A stretch of DNA of 64,000 nucleotides from an uncultured Spirochaetota bacterium (lineage in GTDB: Bacteria; Spirochaetota; Spirochaetia; SZUA-6; Fen-1364): positions 416,001 through 480,000 of the forward strand of contig CAVTHO010000006.1 in NCBI GenBank assembly GCA_963734545.1. The letters run 5' to 3'. Numbering within the stretch: position 1 is the stretch's first letter; every line of letters begins with the position of its first letter. Both the position numbers and the translations under genes were made by a program. A model generated the notes under the pieces. It was not told the origin of the DNA. It saw nothing but the letters and a program-made list of their open reading frames with translations, and searched no databases. Shown here in pieces: positions 18,940 to 29,925 of the stretch.

Positions 18940-20418
18940 ATGAACAAAGGGATCCGATACCTGCTCGTGGCGCTTTTCGCCATCGCAGCAGCGGGCCTTG
19001 CCTTCGGGTCAGGCGGGGGTGAACAGGGCGCCGTGACGGGCAAAACGCCCATTACGCTCACCTGGTACTACGTCGGCGGTGGACCGCAGAAGGACAACGC
19101 GCTGGTCGAGGCTGCAGCAACCAAGTACGTCCAGAGCAAGGGCCTGAATGCGAACATCAAGCTCGTGTGCTTCGACTGGGGCACCTACAACCAGAAGCTG
19201 CAGACGATCATCGCCGGGCAGGAAGAGTTCGACATCTGCTTCACGGCGACCTGGATCAACAACTACAGGAACAACGTGGCCCGCGGCGCATTCCTGCCCT
19301 TGAATGATCTGCTTGCCAAGTACGCCCCCAAGACAAAGGCACTGCTGGGAGATTCCTTCCTCGCGGGCTCCGCGATCGAAGGGGTGAACTACGCCATCCC
19401 GGCGAACAAGGAAAAGGCCCACAACTGGGGCTTCCTCCTTCGCAAGGACCTTGTGGCCAAGTACAACATGGACACGAGCAAGATCAAGAAGCTTGAGGAC
19501 CTCGAGCCCCTGCTGAAGGTCATCAAGGACAAAGAGCCGGGCATGTATCCCCTCGAGGCCATCGTGGGCGAATCCCCCCGGTTCCTCCTGGACTGGGACA
19601 AGATGGTGGATGACGACATCCCCGTCTCCCTGTACCCGGACAACAGGTCCACCAAGGTCGTCTTCGAGCTGGAGGCGCCCGAGACCAAGGCCCTGTTCAA
19701 GACAATCAACAAGTTCTACAACGCCGGCTTCATCCGCAAGGACGCAGCGGCAATCACGGACTACCTGGCCGACGAGAAGGCGGGCCTCATCTTCGCCGCC
19801 ACCAAGTCCCTGAAGCCGGGCAAGGACGCCGAGATGGCCAGCTCCACCGGCCAGCAGTGGATGCAGATCGACATCACTCCCCCCGTCATGTCCAACCGCG
19901 AGACGGTCGGCTCGCTGCAGGCGATCTCCCATACGTCGAAGAACCCCGCGGCAGCAATGGCCTTCCTCGAGCTCTTCAACACGGACAAGTACCTCAACAA
20001 CCTGATCAACTACGGTATCGAGGGCACCCACTACGTGAAGGTGAGCGACAACATGATCAAGGCGGGACCGTCAATCGACCAGTACAACCTCGGCATGGGC
20101 TGGATGTTCGGGAACCAGTTCCTGAACTACCTCAACTCCAACGAGGATCCCAAGAAGTGGGAGAAGTTCGTTGCCTACAACAAGGCGGCTATTCCCCTGA
20201 AGAGCCTCGGCTTCTCCTTCGATCCCACCCCTGTGAAGACCGAAGTCGCCACCGCCAAGGGCGTGTGGACAGAGTACATGCCTGCCCTGGAGACCGGCAC
20301 CGTGGATCCGGACAAGGGCATGGTAGATGCAATCGCCAAGTACAAGGCGGTCGGAATCGACAGGATCATGGCCGAAGTCCAGAAGCAGTACGACGCCTGG
20401 CTCGCAAAGAAAAAGTAA
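18940..20418 (+). CDS. Carbohydrate ABC transporter substrate-binding protein
   Basis: SD AGGAGG, signal peptide, YGIEGTHY, LGFSFDPTPVKTE...EVQKQYDAW C-terminus. Confidence 0.9.
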   Translation: MNKGIRYLLVALFAIAAAGLAFGSGGGEQGAVTGKTPITLTWYYVGGGPQKDNALVEAAATKYVQSKGLNANIKLVCFDWGTYNQKLQTIIAGQEEFDICFTATWINNYRNNVARGAFLPLNDLLAKYAPKTKALLGDSFLAGSAIEGVNYAIPANKEKAHNWGFLLRKDLVAKYNMDTSKIKKLEDLEPLLKVIKDKEPGMYPLEAIVGESPRFLLDWDKMVDDDIPVSLYPDNRSTKVVFELEAPETKALFKTINKFYNAGFIRKDAAAITDYLADEKAGLIFAATKSLKPGKDAEMASSTGQQWMQIDITPPVMSNRETVGSLQAISHTSKNPAAAMAFLELFNTDKYLNNLINYGIEGTHYVKVSDNMIKAGPSIDQYNLGMGWMFGNQFLNYLNSNEDPKKWEKFVAYNKAAIPLKSLGFSFDPTPVKTEVATAKGVWTEYMPALETGTVDPDKGMVDAIAKYKAVGIDRIMAEVQKQYDAWLAKKK

Positions 20419-20482
20419 CGAGTGACTCGAGACGCGTTCCCTCGGGAACGCGCCAGACCCGCGCCCCCGCAGGGGGCGCGGG
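20419..20482 (+). other. Three tandem stem-loops between the SBP and GH94 genes
   Basis: CGAG-tga-CTCG (20419-20429), CGCGTTCC-ctcg-GGAACGCG (20433-20452), CCCGCGCCCCC-gca-GGGGGCGCGGG (20458-20482); no U-tract. Confidence 0.7.
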
Positions 20483-20517
20483 ATCCTTATCCCCCCGCCG
20501 ATTCTTTGGAGGCTGTG

Positions 20518-22977
20518 ATGAGCTATGGGCATTTCGATGACGCGGTGCGAGAATACGTCATCACGCGGCCGGACACTCCCTGGCCGTGGATCAACTATCT
20601 GGGAAGCGAGGATTTCTTCTCCCTCATCTCCAATGCCGGAGGCGGGTATTCGTTCCATAAAGATGCGCGCCTGCGCAGGCTCACGCGCTACCGCTACAAT
20701 GACGTGCCGCTGGACGCGAACGGCCGGCTGTTCTACATCAAGGACGGCGCGACCGCCTGGAACCCCGGATGGCGCCCCACGCGCACGGACCTGGAATCCT
20801 ACGAGTGCCGGCACGGCATGGGATACACGCGGATCCAGTCCCGACGGGAGGGCATAGAGGCCGGGCTTCTCTTTTTTGTGCCCCGGGGCGCGGACTGCGA
20901 GGTACAACGCCTCGTGCTGAAGAACGTGTCGAAGACCAGGCGGAAGATGGCGGTCTTCGCTCTCACCGAGTTCTGCCTCTGGAACGCGCTCGACGACATG
21001 ACCAACTTCCAGCGCAACCTCTCCACGGGCGAGGTTGAGGTGGAGGGGAGCGCGATCTATCACATCACGGAATACCGCGAGAGGCGCAACCACTACGCGT
21101 TCTATGCGGTGAACGCTCCCGTGGCAGGATTCGATACCGACAGAGAAAGCTTCACGGGGCGCTACGACGGATTCGAGAATCCCGCCGCCGTTGCGCGCGG
21201 CCGCCTCTCCAATACGAAGGCGGCCGGATGGTCTCCCGTCGCCGCGTTTCATCTGGATGTCGACCTCGCGCCCGGTGAGGAACGAAGCTTCGTGTTCGTC
21301 CTGGGGTACATTGAAAATCCTGACGAGGAGAAATGGGCCGGTCCGGGGGTCGTCAACAAGAGCCGGGCCCGCGCGCTTGCGGCCCGTTTCGATACGGATG
21401 CGAAGGTGGACAGCGAGCTCGGCGCGCTGCGGGACTATTGGACCGATCTGCTGTCCCGCTTCTCCGTTGCCTCCGGTGATGAGCGGCTCGACCGGATGGT
21501 GAACATCTGGAACCAGTACCAGTGCATGACCACGTGCAACATGGCGCGCAGCGCGAGCTATTTCGAAAGCGGCATTGGAAGAGGCATCGGATTCCGCGAT
21601 ACGAGCCAGGACCTTCTGGGCTGCATGCACCAGGTGCCTGCGCGGGCGCGTCAGCGTCTCTTCGACGTTGCCTCCACTCAGCGCGAGGATGGCGGCGCCT
21701 GGCACCAGTACCAGCCGCTCACCAAGCGCGGAAACGCCGATGTCGGAGACGGCTTCAACGACGACCCGCTATGGCTGATCCTCGGCGTGGCGGGATACCT
21801 CAAGGAAACCGGTGACTGGGCATTTCTGGACGAGCAGGTTCCCTTCGACAACAACCCGTCCTGCATGGGATCCCTGTTCGAGCATCTGGCCAGGTCATTC
21901 TCGCATGTGCTGAACAACCTGGGGCCCCATGGCCTGCCGCTCATCGGGCACGCCGACTGGAATGACTGTCTCAACCTCAATTCCTTCTCTACGGACCCCA
22001 ATGAGTCGTTTCAGACTGCCACCTCGCGGGACGGACGCACCGCCGAGTCGACAATGATTGCGGGCATGTTCGTGCTGATCGGGCGGGATTTCGTGGAGAT
22101 CTGCCGACGCACGGGCCGGGAGGCGGAGGCCCGGGCCGCGGAGGAGCAGATCGCGCGCATGCGCCGGACGATCCTCACGCACGCATGGGACGGCGAGTGG
22201 TTCCTCCGCGCGTATGACGACGGCGGCGGCAAGGTCGGCTCCCGCGCGTGCGAGGACGGGCGCATCTTCATCGAATCTAATGCGTTCTGCTCTATGGCGG
22301 AGATCGGAAGCGAAACCGGTTACCCCATCCAGGCGCTCGATTCAGTCAGGAAACACCTGGACACCCGGTACGGCATCGTCATTCATGATCCCCCGTATCG
22401 CGGCTATCACGTCGAGCTGGGAGAAGTCTCCTCGTATCCGCCGGGGTACAAGGAGAACGGGGGCGTGTTCTGCCACAACAACCCCTGGATCATGATCGCC
22501 GAATGCATTGCGGGGAGACCCGAGCGGGCTTTCGAATACTATCGGAAGATCAGTCCCGCCTACCTGGACGACATCCAGGAGCTGCACCGCATGGAACCGT
22601 ACGTCTATTCCCAGATGATAGCGGGAAAGGCGGCGCAGCGTCCGGGGGAGGCGAAGAACTCGTGGCTGACGGGGACCGCGGCCTGGAGTTTCATTGCCGT
22701 CACGCAGTGGATCCTCGGCGTCCGTGCCGAGTTCGACGGTCTTCGGTTCGAGCCCAGCCTGCCGAAGGCGCTGCAGAAAATCGAGATCACCCGGCTGTTC
22801 CGGGGCTGCCGCTACCGGATCAGCATCCACAACAGGGGACGCGCGCGGGCGGACCAGAAGGTCAGCGTGGACGGGGTGGAAATTCCGACTCGGGTGGTCC
22901 CGCCGGGAAGTACCGGGCGCCGAGATCCGCGTGCGCGTGGAGGCCTGAAGCGGATCAGTCGCCGACGGACTGATTGA
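20518..22977 (+). CDS. GH94 cellobiose phosphorylase; true end probably 22948 (extra G near 22916)
   Basis: [53 protein letters not shown]. Removing one G gives ...[11 protein letters not shown] and removes the overlap with the next gene. Confidence 0.9.
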   Translation: MSYGHFDDAVREYVITRPDTPWPWINYLGSEDFFSLISNAGGGYSFHKDARLRRLTRYRYNDVPLDANGRLFYIKDGATAWNPGWRPTRTDLESYECRHGMGYTRIQSRREGIEAGLLFFVPRGADCEVQRLVLKNVSKTRRKMAVFALTEFCLWNALDDMTNFQRNLSTGEVEVEGSAIYHITEYRERRNHYAFYAVNAPVAGFDTDRESFTGRYDGFENPAAVARGRLSNTKAAGWSPVAAFHLDVDLAPGEERSFVFVLGYIENPDEEKWAGPGVVNKSRARALAARFDTDAKVDSELGALRDYWTDLLSRFSVASGDERLDRMVNIWNQYQCMTTCNMARSASYFESGIGRGIGFRDTSQDLLGCMHQVPARARQRLFDVASTQREDGGAWHQYQPLTKRGNADVGDGFNDDPLWLILGVAGYLKETGDWAFLDEQVPFDNNPSCMGSLFEHLARSFSHVLNNLGPHGLPLIGHADWNDCLNLNSFSTDPNESFQTATSRDGRTAESTMIAGMFVLIGRDFVEICRRTGREAEARAAEEQIARMRRTILTHAWDGEWFLRAYDDGGGKVGSRACEDGRIFIESNAFCSMAEIGSETGYPIQALDSVRKHLDTRYGIVIHDPPYRGYHVELGEVSSYPPGYKENGGVFCHNNPWIMIAECIAGRPERAFEYYRKISPAYLDDIQELHRMEPYVYSQMIAGKAAQRPGEAKNSWLTGTAAWSFIAVTQWILGVRAEFDGLRFEPSLPKALQKIEITRLFRGCRYRISIHNRGRARADQKVSVDGVEIPTRVVPPGSTGRRDPRARGGLKRISRRRTD

Positions 22978-23617
22978 TGAAGATCAGGGTGAGCGTGCGG
23001 TTCAGGAAAGCCGCTTCCTGCTGAATGATGAGAAGCTTGCCGATGCCGCTGCCCATGCGGCCCCCGGTCGACTCTCTCATCCGCTTGTCCTCGTGCGGCA
23101 GCACGTATTCCCGCACGCGCCGGATGCCGTCTTCCAGGGTGGGGGTGATTTTCTGGGCCCCCACGATCCATATGACGTGGGAGCTTGTGAACGCATAGGG
23201 GCCCAATTGGCTGCCGGTCAGGCTTGCAATGACCAGCTCCCCTGTCTGAGACACGGCGTGGACGCTTCCCAGGAAATAGTCCGCCAGGACCCCCTGCTTG
23301 CGCAAAAGGGCCTGCTTCACGGGATCCTTTTCCGCTACGATCGCGGCTTTCAGATTTCGCCACGGGTGATTGTTCGAGACAAGCAGTTCCTCGAATCCGA
23401 TTTCTTTGAGCGAGAGGGATGCTCCGGTCATGACCGAGGAGCCCGCCGGAATGAGGTTCTGCACCCGGGCGAGCGCCTGCTCTTTCGTATCGACGAGCAG
23501 AGCGGTGATCCCGTGCGCCAGAAGGGCGTCCATGGTTTTCCGGATCTGGTCGGCCGTGGCGAGGGTAGAGAACTGCAAGAGAGGTGCCTCCTTGACGGCG
23601 CGGTGCGCCGCATCCAC
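22955..23617 (-). CDS. LUD-domain (lactate utilization-like) protein
   Basis: [34 protein letters not shown]. Confidence 0.8.
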   Translation of the reverse strand: MDAAHRAVKEAPLLQFSTLATADQIRKTMDALLAHGITALLVDTKEQALARVQNLIPAGSSVMTGASLSLKEIGFEELLVSNNHPWRNLKAAIVAEKDPVKQALLRKQGVLADYFLGSVHAVSQTGELVIASLTGSQLGPYAFTSSHVIWIVGAQKITPTLEDGIRRVREYVLPHEDKRMRESTGGRMGSGIGKLLIIQQEAAFLNRTLTLIFINQSVGD

Positions 23618-23675
23618 TTAAAAGGATATATCGATCAATTTGATTAAGCAAGTCTTCTGCCGATACAATGAGAGG

Positions 23676-23993
23676 ATGAGAGAATCAGGCGCAAGGGAGC
23701 CGCATGACGGTCACTGCCAGGCGGCCGTGCTCCGGCTGCTGGGGGACTACACGACCCTGCGCATCATCGATTTCCTGCGGTTCGGCGAGATGCGCTTCAC
23801 GGAGCTCCAGCGGGCCATCGGCGACGTCAATCCTGTCACTCTTACCAGCCGCCTGAAGCGGCTCGAGGCGATGAAGATTGTCGAACGCGCCGAGGCGACC
23901 TTGAACAGGCAGTCCGTCACGTACAAGCTGAGCGCGCGGGGGGGGAGGCTGCTGCCGGTCCTGCGGGAAATTCAGAACTTTTCGAACGGATAA
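23676..23993 (+). CDS. HxlR family winged-helix regulator
   Basis: N-terminal Cys, RFTELQRAI, TLTSRLKRLE, YKLSARG; divergent from the LUD gene. Confidence 0.85.
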   Translation: MRESGAREPHDGHCQAAVLRLLGDYTTLRIIDFLRFGEMRFTELQRAIGDVNPVTLTSRLKRLEAMKIVERAEATLNRQSVTYKLSARGGRLLPVLREIQNFSNG

Positions 23994-24114
23994 ACCGTTC
24001 GCCCGGCGGCATGCGCCTCTGGATGTTTTCCTTGCGTTTTAATATCCTCTGGGTGGCGAACGGGAGGGCGGCCAAAATCTATGGACAGGGAAAGAATAGT
24101 CTAGGCAAGAGAAA

Positions 24115-25173
24115 ATGGAACGCGTCCTGGTTACCGGTGCAAACGGATTTATCGGTTCGAATGTCTGCGCGTACTTCCTCGAGCGCTCCTACGAGGTCTA
24201 CGGGCTCGTGCGGGAGACATCCGACCTGCACTTTCTCGAAGGTCTCCCCGTGAAACTGATCCGCGGTGACCTGACGCGCGCGGCCTCCATCCCCTTTCCC
24301 GCCGGTCTCGATTTCATCATTCACGCGGCGTCTCTCGTGTCGGACACTCTTCCCAGCGACGTGATCGAGCGGAACATCTTCGACACCACGCGGAACCTGG
24401 TCAATGCCCTCGAGGAGAGGGGAATCCGGCTCAAGCGGTTCGTCCAGATCTCCACCTCTCTCGTGCTCGGCTACAAGGCCCTCAACATCTCCGAGGAGAG
24501 GCCGGGAAGATCCGCCCGGCACCTGCCCTATGCCCGGGCAAAGGAGATGACCGAGGAGTTCCTGCGGGACCATCATCGGAAGACCGGGTTCCCGGTCGTT
24601 ATTCTCCGGCCTGCCGACGTGTTCGGGCCGAATGACCGGACCTCAAGCCTGCGCGTGCTGGACGCCATTGAAAGGGGCTGGCCCGCCATCGCGGGGACCG
24701 GGAACCGGATCTTCGGATACTGCTATGTCGCCAATCTCGCCTCGGTGTGCCACCTCGTGTGCCAGATGCGGGGCACCGACGGCAGCGCGTACACGGTCAC
24801 CAATGGCCAGGACGTCACGTGGCGGGAGTTCCTCGGGATGTTCCAGGTTGCGCTGGACAAGAAACAGCGCATTTACGTCCCCGTCGTCGTGGCGTACGCC
24901 ATCGCGCTGTGCATGCAGCTCCTGCACGCGGTCATCCCTTCATTCGACGCGCTGCTCACTTTCTACCGGATCAGCCGGGTCGCCAACAACTCCAGCTACG
25001 ACATCACGAGGACCGTCAACGAGCTGGGGTATCAACCGGATGTCGATATCGAAGCGCAGGCACGGTCCATCGTCGCCTGGTACCTCAGGGAAAAAGCCTC
25101 CGGGTACGTGGACGACGTTCTTCACAGTCGCTCCTGGCGGGATTCTTTCGTGAAGCGGCGGATCGAAAGGTAG
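24115..25173 (+). CDS. NAD-dependent epimerase/dehydratase (extended SDR, 3-beta-HSD-like)
   Basis: TGANGFIG, YARAK, LRPADVFGPND. Confidence 0.85.
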   Translation: MERVLVTGANGFIGSNVCAYFLERSYEVYGLVRETSDLHFLEGLPVKLIRGDLTRAASIPFPAGLDFIIHAASLVSDTLPSDVIERNIFDTTRNLVNALEERGIRLKRFVQISTSLVLGYKALNISEERPGRSARHLPYARAKEMTEEFLRDHHRKTGFPVVILRPADVFGPNDRTSSLRVLDAIERGWPAIAGTGNRIFGYCYVANLASVCHLVCQMRGTDGSAYTVTNGQDVTWREFLGMFQVALDKKQRIYVPVVVAYAIALCMQLLHAVIPSFDALLTFYRISRVANNSSYDITRTVNELGYQPDVDIEAQARSIVAWYLREKASGYVDDVLHSRSWRDSFVKRRIER

Positions 25174-25180
25174 CGAAGGG

Positions 25181-25915
25181 ATGGAGTGGCTCCTTTCGCC
25201 GTTCAAGCCGCTTTCTGTCCTCGTGAGCAATCCCTCTGCTTCCCTGTTCGCTGCCCTGTGCGTGTCATTCACATTGTTGTCATCCGCCCTGGGCATCCGA
25301 AGCTGGAAGCGGCGCTTCCCGAGCGATTTCAGCGCGGTCATGCTCTACTTCGTCAGCTTTTTCCTTCTTCTTCTGGCGCTCCCTCTGGCCATCATCCTGC
25401 TCCACGGGATGGCACCCTCGCGCTTCGGGATGGGAATCGGCGACTGGAGGCTGGGGATCATCCTCGGCCTCGCCGGGCTCCTGCCCACGCTGGCGGGCCT
25501 TTTCACGGGATGGCGGGATCCTGCCATGCAGGAATACTACCCCTTCTCCAAGGAAGCATTGGCAAGCCCGGGGCGCTTCGTCTTCTACGAAACCGCGTAT
25601 CTGGTCCTCTACTACCTCGCCTGGGAGTTCACTTTCCGGGGGGTGATGCTGTTCGGGCTTCTCGCCCTGCTCCCTCCGACCCTCCCCGGCGTCCTGATTG
25701 CCATTCTGATCCAGACCATCGTGTCGACCGTCTTTCATATAGGGCATCCGGATTCAGAAATAACGGGGGCGCTCATTTTCGGCCTTCTTGCCGGCCTGGT
25801 CACGGCGGCCGCGGGCTCTTTCCTGTATGCGCTCGTTCTTCACGCTTTGGCCGGCATTGTGAACGACAGCGTCATGTACGGACGGTCTCGGCGCGCGCGG
25901 CGGCTCGCAAGATAG
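25181..25915 (+). CDS. CPBP/Abi family intramembrane protein
   Basis: Multi-TM; WEFTFRG, FHIGH, LHALAGIVND. Confidence 0.75.
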   Translation: MEWLLSPFKPLSVLVSNPSASLFAALCVSFTLLSSALGIRSWKRRFPSDFSAVMLYFVSFFLLLLALPLAIILLHGMAPSRFGMGIGDWRLGIILGLAGLLPTLAGLFTGWRDPAMQEYYPFSKEALASPGRFVFYETAYLVLYYLAWEFTFRGVMLFGLLALLPPTLPGVLIAILIQTIVSTVFHIGHPDSEITGALIFGLLAGLVTAAAGSFLYALVLHALAGIVNDSVMYGRSRRARRLAR

Positions 25916-25945
25916 CTGCCTGATCAAACGTTCGGAGACGAATTG

Positions 25946-27061
25946 ATGAGCAAGAGGATCCTCTTTCCCTATCTGTCCGCGGGGCTCGGTCACCTGATCA
26001 ACGCGCAATCCATTGCGCACTATGTGAGCCGGATGCGCCCCGGGTGGGACATACGCATCATGGACGCCGCGCGTGAGCTGGATGACGCCCGGTTGAAGAA
26101 GACATTCGAGGATTTGTGGAGGACGCTGCTCCGTATGCCGGCGTTCCTCTCGCGGTTCTTCTTCGCCCTCGAGCGCCTGGTCCCCGCATTGTTCGTCGCC
26201 GTGAACCGGAGCTCGTTCCGCACCGCGGTGCCGAAGGCAGCCGCTTTTCTTGCCTCGTACAGGCCTGACCTGATCATGGCGACGCACTGGGCGTGCGCGC
26301 ACCTGTTCTCCATGGCCCGCGGAGAGCAGTCGATTCCGCTCTACCTGATCTATGGGGAGCTCGGCGCCACCTACAGCGTGATCAACAGCGGGGCGGACGT
26401 CTACTTCGCTCCCACGCCGCGCATCGAGGAGGGGCTCAGGAGGATCGGCGTGAAACCGGACTGCATCAGGCCGGTCCCCTTCCTCGTGGAGCCGCGCCTC
26501 ATGGAGAACACCATCCCGCGGGAGGAGCACAAACGCAGGCTCGGTATCGCGGCAGACCGCCTGTGCGTCGTTCTCAGTCTGGGGGGGGAGGGGATCGGCC
26601 TTTCGATGCGGTTCATCGAGGGCTTCGTCCGCGGTGTTGAAAGAGCGAGCCTGATCGTGCTCACGGGCCGCAACACGCAGCTCCTGGGCGAGCTGGGGGG
26701 CAGATTCAAATCGGAGGCGGTGATCCCCGTCGGCTTCCAGGAAGACATCAGCGGCATCCTTTCCGCCGCGGACGTCCTGGCCGGGAAGTGCGGCACCAGC
26801 TACGCGATGCTGGCGGTCAAGAAAGGCATCCCGCTGCTTGTCACGCACGTCGGGGCGCCGAACGAGGGGGAGAACATGCGCTACATCGTGGAAAACGGAT
26901 ACGGATGGTTCTGCCCGCGTCCGCGCCAGTTCGTCCAGCGCCTGTCCCTGATGGCTCGGGACCCCGGGAGCTGGGAGGACGTGCGCACGCGGCTGGCGCG
27001 CGTGGACCGGCGGAACGGCGCGGAGACCATCGCCGCCGCCATAGTGGAAGCCCTCGCATGA
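25946..27061 (+). CDS. GT28 diacylglycerol glycosyltransferase (MGDG synthase/UgtP-like)
   Basis: SAGLGH, PDLIMATH, LGGEG, TGRN, ADVLAGK, NEGEN. Confidence 0.8.
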   Translation: MSKRILFPYLSAGLGHLINAQSIAHYVSRMRPGWDIRIMDAARELDDARLKKTFEDLWRTLLRMPAFLSRFFFALERLVPALFVAVNRSSFRTAVPKAAAFLASYRPDLIMATHWACAHLFSMARGEQSIPLYLIYGELGATYSVINSGADVYFAPTPRIEEGLRRIGVKPDCIRPVPFLVEPRLMENTIPREEHKRRLGIAADRLCVVLSLGGEGIGLSMRFIEGFVRGVERASLIVLTGRNTQLLGELGGRFKSEAVIPVGFQEDISGILSAADVLAGKCGTSYAMLAVKKGIPLLVTHVGAPNEGENMRYIVENGYGWFCPRPRQFVQRLSLMARDPGSWEDVRTRLARVDRRNGAETIAAAIVEALA

Positions 27062-28125
27062 AGGAGAGCTACGATCTTCACGACCGCTCCAGCGTCCGCC
27101 GCGTCCTCAAGTTCGTCCTCCTTGCGGTGATCATTGGATTCGGGGTGAACATCGTTCTTTCCCTGCTCATGGACAGGGCCCAGATCCTCGGCTCCCTGCG
27201 CCGCGTCCGGGTGATCTATTTCGTGGTGCCGCTTCTGCTCTTCGTCGCCTCCCACGTCGTGGACACGGTGCGCCTGATGCTCGTGGTGTCGCAGTTCAAG
27301 ATCAGGGTGAACTTCGTCCAGGCGTTCTACAACAGCTGCGTGGGGAATTTCTTCACCAATATCACTCCTCTGACCGCGGGAGGGCAGCCGTTCCAGATCT
27401 ATCACCTGAACGCCCGGGGCGTGCCTCCGGAAATCGCCACGAACGTGATCATGTCCCGTTTCGTGGAACAGGCAATGACCTCCCTGCTCATCTCGATCGT
27501 GTTCCTGACGCAGATATCGTGGATCGCTTCCACGCTCGGCTTCGGACGGAACCTGATCTATATCGCCCTGGGCATCTCCCTCACCGTGACTCTGCTCCTG
27601 CTCGCGCTGCTGATCTGGCCTCACTTCATCGGCCGGCTGGCCATCATGCTCGAGCGCACCCTCCTGGGCCGGCTCATCGGCCGGATCAGCGGCAAGCACA
27701 ACTGGGCCCCCAGCCTGCACCGCTACTCGCATCGCCTGCGGGAGAACGTGCGCATCCTGTGGTCCACGAAGACGCCGGTCATGATCGTCGACATCCTGCT
27801 GGGGCTGGGGAACATCCTCCTGCATGCGTATTCCCTCCTGTACGTGCTGGAAGGGGTCGTGGGCACGAGACTTTCCTTCCTCGCCGTTGCCATCAGTTAT
27901 GTGATCCTGTGGCAGATCGTCTTCTACGTCCCCACGCCGGGGGCCAGCGGAAGCGTGGAAGGGGCCTTCGCCCTCGTGTACTCCGGCATGACCTCCGACC
28001 TGGGCGCCACCGTCATCGCCGTCTTCGTCTGGAGGATCTCGACCTATTACCTGCTGCTCCTCTTCGACGCGCTGGTCTACGTCGTTCTGGGCAGGTTCGC
28101 GAACACCAGCGTGCGGAAGTCATGA
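27058..28125 (+). CDS. Lysylphosphatidylglycerol synthase TM / UPF0104 flippase-like protein
   Basis: FFTNITPLTAGGQP, VPTPGASGSVE, VWRISTYY. Confidence 0.85.
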   Translation: MKESYDLHDRSSVRRVLKFVLLAVIIGFGVNIVLSLLMDRAQILGSLRRVRVIYFVVPLLLFVASHVVDTVRLMLVVSQFKIRVNFVQAFYNSCVGNFFTNITPLTAGGQPFQIYHLNARGVPPEIATNVIMSRFVEQAMTSLLISIVFLTQISWIASTLGFGRNLIYIALGISLTVTLLLLALLIWPHFIGRLAIMLERTLLGRLIGRISGKHNWAPSLHRYSHRLRENVRILWSTKTPVMIVDILLGLGNILLHAYSLLYVLEGVVGTRLSFLAVAISYVILWQIVFYVPTPGASGSVEGAFALVYSGMTSDLGATVIAVFVWRISTYYLLLLFDALVYVVLGRFANTSVRKS

Positions 28126-29238
28126 GAGCACAGCGGGCATCCCGAGGAAGTCCCCATAGCGCGTGACAGCGGCCGCGACACCGCGCGCTTCGGTCCTGCT
28201 GAGCGGGCTGAACGGGCTCGCCGAGACCACGACCTCGGTTCGCCTGATTGTGCGCTTCCATGTGCCAGCTATCCGGCCGTTCACTGCGATCGTGGGATGC
28301 AGGAGGCCGTTGCCCGATCTGGCCATGTGCCGGGCGTCCAGTATGGCGCTTCGATCCTTGTAGCCGACGACATATTCGTCAAAACACGGGAGGAGCCAGG
28401 CACCGGCAGGGTTTCCCTGCTCCGCCCGGCCGCGCCGCGCCGCGGGCGGCGCCTGCTCGCGTCCGCCCGGCCCCGTCCGCCCGCGCGGCGCCTGCCAGAA
28501 TGTTTCTCCGTCAACGACGCTCGGCTGCAGCTTCCCTCTCACCGATTCGAGCCCCCTCCGCGCATCCGCTGCCGGCAGGCCCGACCACCAGGTGTAGTCC
28601 TGCAGGGTGGCCGGTCCGTGACTCGCGAAGTATCTCTCCGCCAGCTCGGCGAGCGCCTGATCAGGCTCCCGGCTGCCGGCCGCGGGCGCCCACTCATCCA
28701 GCAGGGTGTGCGTGAACTCCCTGCCGCGCCGCTCACCGAAGCAGATCAGCCGGTCCAGGCTTGCTCTCTGCAGCATGTACACCATGCGCTGTCCGGCCGT
28801 AGAGATGCCGGCCCGCTGGAGGGAGGCAGCCAATTCCCCGCGGATGAGCTGCCTGCCGTCGCGCAGGGACCGGACGAATATGGTCTCTGCCGCGGCCATT
28901 GTCGGTTCGTCCAGCTCGAGCTCCCGGTAGCGCCGTGCATTGCCCCTGATGATCTCGGGAGCCGCAAGAGTCAGAATCCACCGTATGTCCTCCGCGGTGA
29001 CGAAATGGAGCGTGCCGCGCAGGGCCCAGGTGCGGATGATGGCCTTGTCTGCAATCCCCTTTTCCACCCCCTCATCCGTCGCGCGGCGCATCCTCATGCC
29101 GATTGCCCAGAGCGATCCGGCATAGTCCTGCGCCTGGACTGCTCCCATGAGTCTCACCACATCGGCCGGATTCTTCACGCCGTCCCCCGAGATGTGCTGG
29201 TGATGAAGCCGTACAGACGCGAGATCCCGATTCGTCAT
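28120..29238 (-). CDS. AlkZ/YcaQ-family (HTH_42) DNA glycosylase, QxQ type
   Basis: GAVQAQD, WALRGTLH, YFASHGPATLQDYTWWSG, LLPCFDEY. Confidence 0.85.
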   Translation of the reverse strand: MTNRDLASVRLHHQHISGDGVKNPADVVRLMGAVQAQDYAGSLWAIGMRMRRATDEGVEKGIADKAIIRTWALRGTLHFVTAEDIRWILTLAAPEIIRGNARRYRELELDEPTMAAAETIFVRSLRDGRQLIRGELAASLQRAGISTAGQRMVYMLQRASLDRLICFGERRGREFTHTLLDEWAPAAGSREPDQALAELAERYFASHGPATLQDYTWWSGLPAADARRGLESVRGKLQPSVVDGETFWQAPRGRTGPGGREQAPPAARRGRAEQGNPAGAWLLPCFDEYVVGYKDRSAILDARHMARSGNGLLHPTIAVNGRIAGTWKRTIRRTEVVVSASPFSPLSRTEARGVAAAVTRYGDFLGMPAVLS

Positions 29239-29316
29239 GGCGTTCCCGCGGGGTCGAGGTGCCGCGCGTGCAGAGTTCTCATTTGTTGAACATAGCGGTT
29301 TTTCTTATATTTGCGT

Positions 29317-29901
29317 ATGAAGAAAAAAATCGGGATCATCGGAAAAGGACACGTGGGCAGCGCGCTTCAAAAGGGTCTGGAGCGTGCCGGGTACGAGGTG
29401 AAGATGACCGGTAAAGGCGATGCCGTGCGCGCCACGGCGGCCTGGGGGGAGATCATCATCCTTGCAGTCCCCTACACAGCTCTCGATGCCGCCCTGGGGG
29501 CAATGGGGAAGGCGATAGACGGAAAGACACTCGTGGACGTGTCAAACGTGCTGGGCGCGGATGGAAAGCTGGCGCTCGGCTTTACCACGAGCGGAGCCGA
29601 GCAGCTCCAGAGGAAGGCACCCTCGGCTAAAGTAGTGAAGGCCTTCAACACCATATTCGCGCAGAACATGAGCACGGGAAAGGTGAGGGACTCGCGGCTG
29701 GCCTGCCTGGCAGCGGCGGATGATGAGAAGGCAAAAGCCGATGTGCTGGAAATGGCGAACGCCATCGGGTTCGATGCGATAGACGCCGGACCCCTGGCCA
29801 ATTCCCGGTGGCTGGAATCACTCGGATTCCTCAACATCCAGCTCGGATACGTGATCAACAAGGGGTTGGGAGCCGGGATAGGGTTCGCGCTCGTCCGCTG
29901 A
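29317..29901 (+). CDS. NADPH-dependent F420 reductase-like oxidoreductase
   Basis: IGKGHVG, LAVPY, DVSN, SGAE, VVKAFNTI, DAGPL. Confidence 0.85.
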   Translation: MKKKIGIIGKGHVGSALQKGLERAGYEVKMTGKGDAVRATAAWGEIIILAVPYTALDAALGAMGKAIDGKTLVDVSNVLGADGKLALGFTTSGAEQLQRKAPSAKVVKAFNTIFAQNMSTGKVRDSRLACLAAADDEKAKADVLEMANAIGFDAIDAGPLANSRWLESLGFLNIQLGYVINKGLGAGIGFALVR

Positions 29902-29925
29902 TTGTCCGGGCATCGGCGGGCGATC

